Shown: one piece after another, positions 36,480-47,240 of the stretch | How the letters are laid out: the number at the start of each line of letters is the position of its first letter | Numbering within the stretch: the stretch's first letter is position 1 | Notes under the pieces: model-generated | Databases searched by the model: none | Told to the model about the DNA's origin: nothing | What the model saw: the letters and a program-made list of their open reading frames with translations, nothing else | Made by a program: the position numbers and the translations under genes | DNA from: Bugula neritina | Lineage: Eukaryota; Animalia; Bryozoa | Assembly (NCBI GenBank): GCA_964035545.1 | Contig: OZ037771.1 | Coordinates: forward strand, 1,065,628 to 1,129,627 | Direction of reading: 5' to 3' | Length of the DNA stretch: 64,000 bases

Positions 36480-39400
36480 ATGGCCTAAGTCCCCATTCAC
36501 TAACTGTGGGTAATAATTCAGATTATTTATCAGAAGTCAAACTCAATAAATATTCTGAAACAACTACCAATGTAATCTTTAGAGGGTTCATAGTGGAAAT
36601 CACTCGAATATCAGTTAATACTAGCAAACAAATGATTCACTTTAAGGAAATTGGAAAACACAGAGCAGTGGGGAGATAATTTCTTCATAACATAAAATAA
36701 TGATATATTCATTTAGCTAACTACATGGTGGGCAGTGTTCAAGGATCATAGAGCATTGACATTGAATAATGATGCAGAGGAAACCTTGCTTCTTACATTA
36801 ACGTAATTGTACTTAGCTAACAGTATAATTAGATTTAGCAGAGAAGTAGCAAAAATAGTGGAGCATAAATTAGCAATTTAGCAAAGAATTCACTCTTGCA
36901 GCAAGTCAAGTGATGAGCAAACACACCCCAATAGAGCGATAATTGAGCCTCAGGCTATAGATATACACGATGTACTGACGATGTACTGACTGGGAGTCAA
37001 TACTGTGTCTCCTGGCATTAGAAATTGTCTGTCTACACTGAGTTCTGCTGCCTACACTGAGGCCTGCTGCCTACACTGAGGTCTGATGCCCACACTTGAC
37101 TTGCAGCGGAATAGATTGAAATCATGTCACATACAAGCGGGCAGCTGGTGAAACAAAAGAGCTGAGGCTAGGAGATGAGTACTTACTAAGTGACCGGGTA
37201 TTCCAGCCATAGGAATCCCAGGAACACCGGGGATCATGGGAGCTGCTGCCGGTAGCTGAGTGGCGGCAGCAATTTGATTCTGAGCGAAAACTTGATTCCA
37301 GTGATACCTAAAAATACATCGGACAATACAGGTATTACTTACTACTTCTCTACACAACTTCTCTACACAACTTCTCTACACAACTTCTCTACACAACTTC
37401 TCTACACAACTTCTCTACACAACTTCTCTACACAACTTCTCTACACAACTTCTCTACACGACTTCTCTACACGACTTCTCTACACGACTTCTCTACACGA
37501 CTTCTCTACACAACTTCTCTACACGACTTCTCTACACGACTTCTCTACACAACCTCTCTACACAACTTCTCTACACAACTTCTCTACACAACTTCTCTAC
37601 ACAACTTCTCTACACAACTTCTCTACACGACTTCTCTACACAACTTCTCTACACAACTTCTCTACACAACTTCTCTACACAACTTCTCTACACAACTTCT
37701 CTACACAACTTCTCTACACAACTTCTCTACACAACTTCTCTACACAACCTCTCTACACAACTTCTCTACACAACTTCTCTACACAACTTCTCTACACAAC
37801 CTCTCTACACAACTTCAGTCTACAGTACACACAGCACTTCCATGCAACCTGTCAGACCCAAAACTTCAAACTTGACTATAGACACACCAAACAACAAATA
37901 TTAAGGCTAAACTTTACATAACATTTACCAAGCTAACATTAACTCAACATATTTGCTGCTTTGAAGATAAAGTTCAAATAGTATACTGATAACATCCAAT
38001 TTACATCACCAACATAGTGCATATCTTTAGCATTTTATTATTTATTAAAGTTACTCTACACTTTGTTACGGAAAGTATGAATTTTTTAGCCATTTTAGTT
38101 AAATTAAAACTGTCCACTACATATAGTATGTATTTTATTCTTAAAGCCATAAAATGAAGTCATTCCTGAGTTGGTATAAGAATTACATACTTATGGTAAA
38201 AGTTGGAATTACTGTATCTTAGGCCAATTAACTACTCATATATATTATACTATTATTATATATAGCAACTGCATTTCACTAGTATAATATAGCGCAAGAC
38301 TAAAATAGTAAAGTTTGTAGTGAAAGCTAGATATGCTCAAGTATTATACAATTATGTTATATTATTATGGCATTACATTATATATAATATATACTTACTA
38401 TATTACACTGTACATATATAGCCTACTTACTTAATTGCCAAGTTCTGCCTTCCATTTTGTAAAAGCTGCTCTTTGAGATGCTGAGGTGGGTGTAGATATT
38501 TACAGGGTGGTTCTTTACGCTGACACTTGCCCTGCAAGAGAACAGTACACAGTAAGCACACAGTAAGCACACAGTAAGCATACAGTAAGTACACAGTACG
38601 TGGTGAATAAGTAGTGAGTAAGTGAAAACACGAGTAAGTGAAAACAAGAGTAAGTGAAAGCAAGAGTAAGTACCTACAGCCCATGAGAATGAGCAAATAC
38701 ATAGTAAGTAACAACAGTCGAGTGTCTGAGAAGTTGATGAAGATTTTATGCCCAATTAAATTAGAATTTTCAAGGCAACTCCTACTGAGAGAGAGACAAC
38801 TCTGTTGAGAGAACAAATTTCAGCCAATCATTTCTAGGGTTGTGATTGGAAATTCAAATAGGCCGGCACGTTAGGTGTTATAGAGGAAGCGGCGTGGACC
38901 AAACTGCAACAGGTAGGAGAGAGGAGGTATTGGTGCTACTGTAAAGTGATTTACACTAATAACAAGTGTGTACCTTAAGATAGCAACCATTTTATTTTGA
39001 GTATTAGCATTATATTTATCAAGGTGTCCAGCCAAGCTGGCTAGAGGAGCTACGCAGCAATAAGTCAATAATATAGAAACTACCTTATCTCAAAAGATAA
39101 ACAACTCAAACAAGAAAACCTTGAAACTGTGAAGAATGGAAAAGGATTAGCATGTGTATACATACTGTATCAGCTTAGAAGGGGTTCAAAGTTGACCATA
39201 TCAACTTGAAACAGTGAATGTTATATTAGCCAGTCCTTACGTGTAGACACAGCTACCAGCTACCAAGTAACCAAATAACTACTGACATGGCAACCACCCG
39301 GTTGAAATGAATGAAAGAAATATTTGACAAGTGGGAGAATTTGCATAGCAACTAATCACCAGTCAAAGTTGTGCATAAAAAACTGGGCAGTGCAGAGAGA

Positions 39401-39515
39401 AAGCAATGTTGAAGGGAAAAGCTGGTAGAAGACCTCATAGACAACTTCTAGTACTAGTACTAGTACTAGTACTAGTACTAGTAGTAGTAGTAGTAGTAGT
39501 AGCAGTAGCAGTAGC

Positions 39516-39562
<47 letters not shown>

Positions 39563-39704
39563 AAGTAGTAGTAGTAGCAGTAGTTGTAGTAGTAGCACTG
39601 GTAGTAGTAGTCACACTAGTAGTAGTACTAGTACTAGTAGAAGTAGTAGTAGTACTAGTAAAAGTAGTAGTAGTACTAGCAGTAGTAGTAGCAGTAGTAT
39701 TAGC

Positions 39705-39762
<58 letters not shown>

Positions 39763-42700
39763 CTAGCACTAGTAGTTAGTAAACTGTAGAGTATTCTTCT
39801 AATGTTGTGGTGAGATGGAGGAGCAGGTGCCCCTCCCTGGCTGAGAAGCAGGTGCCCCTCACCCAGGGAGGGGAACCTGCTGCAGCAGAAATAATTAGAA
39901 TATCTGGCAGGACTAGCGTGACACATTAGAGTAGGTACTGACACATTAGAGTAGGTACTGACACATTAGAGCAGGTACTGACACATTCGATCAGATACTC
40001 TTACAATACTGATGCAGTATGACGTAGCATATCACTCTCGTTGTCAGCATTTGTACACTCAGAATTTACAGCAACTTTCTTCTAAGATCAACCCAGTAGG
40101 AACTACACAAGGGTGAGAGGATGAAAGGGTGAGAGGATGAAGGGGTGAGAGTGTGGCAGATGAGGGAAGGAAATGTCAGTGAGACCATAAAACAAGAAAT
40201 AGTTTCATATCTGCTAGCAGCACCCAACATTAACTTGCTGATAGAAAAAGGCATTTAGGAGAATTTCAGGGTAATTAGCACTCTGCCAAAGAACATAAAT
40301 ATAAATAGGTAATATGAATAGGCATACAAGTCTTCTAATGAGCACAAATGAGCAAAAACAACATATCTAAGAATACAGAATGAAAATTAATTGGCTCAAA
40401 TAAGTACAGAGCTGGTGTCCATTCTATTTAGCTGACTTCCACATCTCAAAACAAACTGTAGGAACAATAGAAGCAATGAGTTAAAACACCCAGCAATCAA
40501 TGAACGCAGCCATATGTATTTCAGCACGTTGTCGCGGCCCATTGTTAGAGGAATTATGTACACCACACAATGGACTGTGAATCTGAATATGAAGAAACTG
40601 AGGGCCCCCACTTGATGTACAAGTCATTAGAACGTGGGCTTTTCTTCTCTTGACAGTTGATTACACAAGACAACAACAAGCAGAACATATTTCATGCTAA
40701 ATGGTCTAAATAACGCTGAATATCCTAAGATGGCAGAATGACCAATTGAAGCTAGACTGCACAGTTAGTAGCCAGTGGCTACTACCACCGCTGAGTAGGG
40801 GGTGCTTAGTGCTACACCCCCAATCTATTAGTGAATAACATTAGGTCCTCAGTTGAACAGCTGATAATGAGAAATCCTGGTGCATCTGGTCACAATTGGA
40901 TTAACAGAAAACATATTTGTGCTAACTTGAAAAATATCTCCCACATCACGTAGTAGAGTATAGAGAATACAAGATGGTGAAACATATCCCACATCACGTA
41001 GTATAGAGTATAGAGAATACCAGATGGTGAAATATCTCTCACATCACGTAGTAGAGTATAGAGAATACAAGATGGTGAAACATGACCAGCCAAAACAATA
41101 AATGAATATATAAATATAAAGTAGTAAGTTTTGAGGACGGCACTAGCTGGTGAACACAAAGTGACATGTAAATGAATTACCCAGATCCAAAGTGAGTTTA
41201 TACTTATAGTTACCCAGAGCGAGTTTATACTTATAGTTACCCAGAGCGAGTTTACACTTATAGTTACCCCATCTGAGGAGGATTCGTCAGGATTACTCTG
41301 TGGTGATGATGTCACACCGTACACGGCGTAGGGGTCTTGGCCCACTGGGGGTGGGGGCACCTGCCCAGTCGGGATCCAGCCATTTTGGTACATGATAGAA
41401 GCAAAAGGAGAGATTTCAAAACAGTCCACACAGTGTTTGGACAGATCCTTGAATACGCTGCACTTGGAGACAGCTTCACTGCCTGAGAGAACGAGCGAGT
41501 GTTAGTGTCGTAGTTGATGGTGTAGTTGATAGTGTAGCGCGAGAGAGAGAACCTGCCTAGCACTGACTGAGTACTGTCACCAACTGATAAAGCTTACAGT
41601 TTACACACCAGCAACCAGCATATTTTCAAACGAAATTGTTGATAGATAAGGGAGCGAAGTTGCTGTAGGAGCAAAGCAATAGCCAAGTGACTTGGTAACG
41701 TAGAGTGGGTTTCCTAGTAGAGTGGTATGTCGTCTCCTAGCCTACAAGGATGTGCTGAGATGTGCTAAGGGGATGTGCTGAGATGTGCAATAGCCAGCCA
41801 ACTGCATCTACTGCTACCAGCCAGTAAGCTCATCTAATACTTAGTGATTAATTATTGCAGAGTAGCATTTATGGGTGGACATTAACATTTAGGCAGAAAC
41901 CATAAAATTCATCTTATCTCACCCACAGCAGTAGTAAATGATAACACAGGTACTTAGTCTAAATTTCTGTCAAGTACAATATAATGTGCATGTGTCAGTG
42001 TATCATTGAAGAGGCTAGCTTGTATGAACATTTGGGTTTAGTCAAGGCATTGATGGATGGTTTATAAATTATCTTATAAACTTTAAGGTCACCAAGTCCC
42101 AAAGGTCAAATTACAAAGCATTTTATTTGCCGATCAATGATATGCTGCCTTCTTCATTATATTTAAAGAAGCATAAAGGAAACCTGAGGCAGCATCATGT
42201 CTGTCTGTTTGTCTGTGTTCCAGCAGCAAATAAATATATCAGTTTCAATAGAGTAAGATGGGCGGGAGTCAATGGCCTTCAGCTTATCCATATATAAAGG
42301 AGTTGGTGGAAAACTATTAGTTAGCTGATCACAATCTGCAGTCTACACAGTTTAGTGTGCTATAGTTTAGGAGTTGTTTCCTTTATGTATACAACGGCAC
42401 GTGAGCTTAGAGAAATGCATAATATGTTGAAATATCCAACAATAAATTGCAGCAAAGGTAAAAATTCTCATAAAACACAGATAAAGTGTAGATAACTTTA
42501 TAGATTATAATGCATTAATAATTCAACAATCAATTCATATGTGTTGAGTTAGATCCCAGAGCACTGCTTAGCATATCTATGAATCAGCATCTAACATGTG
42601 TATAAACTTTAGATGTTGGCATAGACTGGGTCCCTCGAGACCATAACTATTGTCCTCGGTTTGTTAGGCAGTTTCAACAGCTGAACACCAGCTCTGTATT

Positions 42701-44244
42701 AATATAATACTTGGAGCACCATTGCTTAAATTAGTGTGTGCATATAATACAGAGTCTAACTGACTGTATATATACAGAGTTTAACTGACTGTGCATATAC
42801 AGAGTTTAACTGACTGTGCATATACAGAGTCTAACTGACTGTGCATATACAGAGTTTAACTGACTGTGCATATACAGAGTCTAACTGACTGTGCATATAC
42901 AGAGTTTAACTGACTGTACACATACAGCTAGTTCAACATGTGATAGTAGGAGTTGTCTATCCACTGTTCCACAGACAAGTGCAGCAAATCTACTGAATTA
43001 GAGAAAGGAACAAGAACCTTCCCTGGACATCTAAAAGGAAGCAGCCAATACCAAAGTTCGACAATCACAGTGGTCAGGGAAAAGACGGAGAGGACTTGAA
43101 CCAATGGCACGAGAGAAGACAATGAACCAGCCAATCGAGGACAAAGAGAGACTACTTTGGCTGCAGAAGAAACCTTCACAGACCAAAGGAATGATAGGGA
43201 TGTGGATATAACTTCCAACTCAGTTACGTCAGGTAGACACCCATGCCTTCACATCATGACAGTCCGCCAGAATAATAAACAAGCAGTCAGTGTCTGAACC
43301 CTGACACCATTTTGTTTATATGCAAAATAATTAAACCGACATTTTTTCCTGCTTACAAGCAGCAGCCCTGGTAGAGACAGCACCTCGTACTTTTAGTATT
43401 CACTAGTCTACTTACATGCATGTTATACGGTGTCTATATGTTATATTTATATGTTATACAGTGTCTATATGTTATATTTATATGTTATACAGTGTCTATA
43501 TGTTATATTTATATGTTATACAGTGTCTATATGTTATATTTATATGTTATACAGTGTCTATATGTTATATTTATGTTATACAGTGTCTATATGTTATATT
43601 TATATGTTATACAGTGTCTATATGTTATATTTATATGTTATACGGTGTCTATATGTTATATTTATATGTTATACAGTGTTATATATACACGTTATATTTA
43701 TATGTTATACAGTGTTATATATATACACATGGATGTGATACCAACTAAGTACCATCTACATACACCAGGTAAGTACCATCTACATATACCAGGTAAGTAC
43801 CATCTACATATACCAGGTAAGTATCATCTACATATATCAGGTAAGTATCATCTACATATACCAGGTAAGTACTATCTACATATATCAGGTAAGTACTATC
43901 TACATATATCAGGTAAGTACTATCTACATATATCAGGTAAGTACCATCTACATATACCAGGTAAGTACCATCTACATATACCAGGTAAGTACCATCTACA
44001 TATACCAGGTAAGTACCATCTACATATATCAGGTAAGTACACACACCTTAATACTGTCGAAGCAACACATGACACGCCCGTTCTGCTGATCAACGTGAGG
44101 AGGGGGATGAGCGAATTTACACTCCTCTTCCGTCCTGGTGCACCTATTCCTTTGGAATTCTCGACACACCTCCAGCGTCAGCCATCTTGAATCCTTTGAG
44201 CTGTTGAAAAGAAGGGCTTGGGGTATGGCTGTCTGTGTGGTCAT
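24793..44244 (-). CDS. mbl: Muscleblind/MBNL RNA-binding protein, ~554-aa model with six CCCH fingers. Exons in transcript order: 44047-44244, 38431-38531, 37187-37307 (or 35782-35878), 34725-34893, 34155-34240, 32454-32756, 29282-29365, 27622-27760, 27117-27289, 25557-25641, 24971-25067, 24793-24901
   Basis: [61 protein letters not shown]|VC, KRQALD..GIPMFNP. All junctions GT-AG and in phase (1665 nt including stop). Confidence 0.9.
24971..25067 (-). CDS. mbl: mbl exon encoding ZnF6 ([33 protein letters not shown])
   Basis: Acceptor ttcttgcag; donor gtatgt; CX7CX4CX3H; not in ORF track. Confidence 0.88.
25082..25530. repeat. 21-bp minisatellite (GTAGTAACTACATAGTACACA)n in the ZnF5-ZnF6 intron
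   Basis: About 21 copies; source of the YYVVTTV ORF. Confidence 0.95.
25557..25641 (-). CDS. mbl: mbl exon encoding ZnF5 ([28 protein letters not shown])
   Basis: Acceptor tttctag; donor G|gtgagt; CX7CX4CX3H; not in ORF track. Confidence 0.88.
27370..27612. repeat. 16-bp minisatellite (CTGCAGTACAGAGTAT)n
   Basis: About 15 copies. Confidence 0.95.
30788..30965. repeat. 20-bp minisatellite (GATAGTAGTACCATCACTGA)n
   Basis: About 9 copies. Confidence 0.93.
32454..32756 (-). CDS. mbl: mbl exon with ZnF3 and ZnF4
   Basis: [24 protein letters not shown]...[21 protein letters not shown]; 303 nt, phase 0-0. Confidence 0.9.
35445..35705. repeat. Degenerate GTG/GTA-rich simple repeat
   Basis: Direct inspection. 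Confidence 0.8.
36352..36480. repeat. (AGT/AGC)n microsatellite
   Basis: Source of poly-S/V/L ORFs. Confidence 0.95.
37343..37815. repeat. 13-bp minisatellite (ACTTCTCTACACA)n
   Basis: About 36 copies. Confidence 0.95.
38431..38531 (-). CDS. mbl: mbl exon completing ZnF2 ([34 protein letters not shown])
   Basis: Acceptor ctcttgcag; donor gtaagt. Confidence 0.93.
38540..38672. repeat. 11-bp (CACAGTAAGCA) and ~16-bp (GAGTAAGTGAAAACAA) repeats upstream of the ZnF2 exon acceptor
   Basis: Direct inspection. Confidence 0.85.
39448..39778. repeat. (AGT)n microsatellite with variants
   Basis: Source of poly-T/V/L ORFs. Confidence 0.95.
40930..41082. repeat. ~50-bp repeat, 3 copies
   Basis: ATATCTCCCACATCACGTAGTAGAGTATAGAGAATACAAGATGGTGAA units. 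Confidence 0.85.
42745..42927. repeat. 25-bp minisatellite (ATATACAGAGTTTAACTGACTGTGC)n
   Basis: About 7 copies. Confidence 0.93.
43420..43725. repeat. 31-bp minisatellite (TGTTATACAGTGTCTATATGTTATATTTATA)n
   Basis: About 9 copies. Confidence 0.93.
43747..44040. repeat. 24-bp minisatellite (AAGTACCATCTACATATACCAGGT)n directly after the first coding exon donor of mbl
   Basis: 12 copies of CAGGTAAGTA at 24-bp period. Confidence 0.95.
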
Positions 44245-44300
44245 GTTTGTGTAGGAGTTGTCCGGATTTGAGGTTGACTTCGGACTGGGTGTCGCAGATG
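44047..44300 (-). CDS. mbl: mbl first coding exon (ATG 44244): ZnF1 and first Cys of ZnF2
   Basis: Acceptor tttcacag before 44300; donor AAG|gtgtgt; classic [10 protein letters not shown] motif. Confidence 0.93.
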
Positions 44301-47117
44301 CTGTGAAACTACAACAAACAGAACATGCATCACTGAATCTTGGGCTATTCACATGTATACAATAGAGCAGCAACAGGAGAAATTACATAGCTTGGAGTTG
44401 TGCTCTTTTATTAGTAGAGCCTATGGGCCTATTGAATGCAATACTAATTACTGCACATTGAGTTGTACGATCAGGTATGCTAACTTGCATAACAAAAAAC
44501 CTCAACTTCTACCAAATTTTCCTCAGCAACAAATAATACCATCTGTAACTACAGCAGGTGGCACTGACAGCTCCTCCCACACAAGAGGGTGACAGAAGAC
44601 TTGCGGACATGGAAGTCTCTACTTCAAATGCCAACACAGCATCTCAATGCTAGGCTGCCAGCTTGCTGTCACAAACGCAGAGGTCATTTCTAGCACAGCA
44701 TAGGCTCAACAGCGACTAGACTACAGGAGTTGTCCCCTCTACAAGCTAACCTAGCAGTACGTCACGGCTTGGCATTTCCTGAATGTCATTGGAAAGGTGA
44801 GGTAGTGCCGTGACATTACACACAGCACGCACACAGTAAAAACAGTTTCTCAGACTACAGACAAGCTCTGAATACAACAGACAGAAAAGATGAAAAACTG
44901 AAATCACATCATCGAATTAACTTCAAACAACTGAAACACATTGTATTCATTTATATGATGGAAAATCTTGTAATGATTATCAGATGAAGTGATTGGACTT
45001 AGCCTAAGCATCTACATGAATAGCCTGTGCTCCTGGGCTGTGGAGGCCAGTACTGTGGGGTACCTATATGTAACAGTATGAGTAGTAGTACCAGCAGGTA
45101 TGCCTGCCAAGTATGCAGTGATCACCACATAAGGTATCTCTTACAACAAAGTAACCTGAATTTTAATCACATTACCAGAACTATTTATTAACTAACAATG
45201 TTCAGTGGGTGGCAAAATAAAACCAGGAAATTTCCAAGACATTTTCAAATGCAGAAAATTTCAAGTCGAAAAAGAAAAAACTTGGAAGTTTATTAGAAAA
45301 TGGCTGACATGTGTTTGTAGCGTGTGCAGAGTACGCAGCGATATGGGGTTGACCTGCTAAAACACGAACACAAAGATGTAACAGCTAAAAGAGTCACAAG
45401 GTGTGCTGCCCTACTATGACAGCCTTAGAAATACCAACTTTACTGTCATGTTATTTCTTGCAATATAAATAGTTAACAAACATGATGGAATAGGTATGAT
45501 ATACAGCATGTATATACAGAGCAGGTGAAATTTACAGAACACACATATAGCACCTGCAGCATTTGTCTAAAAGATTGCTAACTGGTAATAATAAAGTAAT
45601 AACTGCAAGGTATCCATGACTAAATCTAATAATAAAGAGAGAAGATTGTAGCAAATACAATCATCAACTGAGCAAATATGAAAAGGCTTTAGTAAATACC
45701 CTGCCACTGTATTTCTAATTAGCCAAAGAGATGACCAAATAATACATCAGCTTCATTATACCGGCTTCCTCTCCACACAGAATCAAACTTATTAGGAAGA
45801 TGTATTTATCTTGGATAATTGGCCTGTGTCTATTACAAAACAAACTATCAGGTAGAGAGAGTGTTAATGTGCTAACTATTAGGTATGTGATAGTCAGCTT
45901 AATACGATACACATCCATCACTTTGAGCCTTATGCTATACCTCAGGGTGTCAATCAGAAATGCAGAGTTACAAGCCTTAGCTCTTAGATCTGAACATTAG
46001 ATGGGTTCACTAGCAAACCTCCCTCAGGAGAAGATACAGTCTCTTAACTCCGAGGCTATGCTTACAGGTTGAAGGTACTGATACCAGGTTATTTCCACAT
46101 TTTATGAGTCAATTTATAGAAATTTGAGAGCAATAAAAAGGACACTGAATAATAAATCAATACTTGGTTAAACCCAACATTCTAGTTGTCATGTGAACTT
46201 ACAACATCAAGGGAGGACAACTTTCCCATGTGTGACGAGTAATGTAAGAATTGAGATTTCAACTAGCGCACCAAGTAGAACATATAGTAGCACTTGTTGG
46301 GGGGGGGGGTCTGTAGCTACCTAAGATTACAGGAGATGCATAGTGAGATATAGGGCTATGTGTGACCAAGGCTTGGGTTGCCTCTACACAATAACTATAA
46401 CTTAGAAGGATTAGAAGTGAGTGCAGGAGGTGAATAACTGAGGGCTGGTGGGACTACTGCAGCAGCTAGTAGTTGGGGTGGTTACTCAGTGTATGGAGGA
46501 ATATTCTACTGGGAGTAGAGTCAAGCACTAGTCTTGCTGGAATGTGGAAGAATACATTAGAATACATTAAATCCTAAACTACTGCACAATGAGTTGATAC
46601 AATCAGTCACACATCCCAAACTCAACTAGGCAGAAAATCTACTCATGAATCCGTTACCATGGTAACACGACTAGATTAGCATGAAGGTGAAGTTGGGGGA
46701 AAGAAGCAGCTCTTAGCTAGTTCTCACATGAATTACATCCATTCACTTTGTGTTTCAATACATAATGATTGTTGTAAGGGGAGGGGGGTGGTATTGCCGC
46801 CCGCTAGTAGCATTCAAAGTGAGCAGAAGAACTGATGAATTTAGCTAATAGAACTATCCACACATCAGGTGGTATAAACTATAAAATGTCCACCTCCCCA
46901 TCTGTTCATTCAAAATAAGTGTCAAAATTTAAGTGTAGCAACTTTAGCATGTACACAAGTATATCTACTTATTCATGCAGACCATTTAGTGCAAGCTGGC
47001 CATTGGTCAATAGAGAGGTCTTCAACCTCAGCACCCCAGCAAGATTACGTAACTTGTTATTATCTAACTAAATTATAGTAAGAAGGTGAATTTGTAACTT
47101 GGTGTGAGTGAAGAGAG

Positions 47118-47240
47118 AGAGCAGGTTGTTGCATGTACAAGTGAAGGGACAGAGCAGGTTGTTGCATGTACATGTGAAGGGACAGGGCAGGTTGTTGCAT
47201 GTACAAGTGGAGGGACAGAGCAGGTTGTTAGATGTACAAG
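47118..47240. repeat. 33-bp repeat (GAGCAGGTTGTTGCATGTACAAGTGAAGGGACA), ~4 copies
   Basis: Direct inspection. Confidence 0.9.

Noticed and set aside
44761-44814. Hairpin containing the let-7 seed TGAGGTAGT
   Set aside because: The match is limited to 9 nt on the 3' side of an asymmetric, poorly paired stem; not a let-7 precursor.
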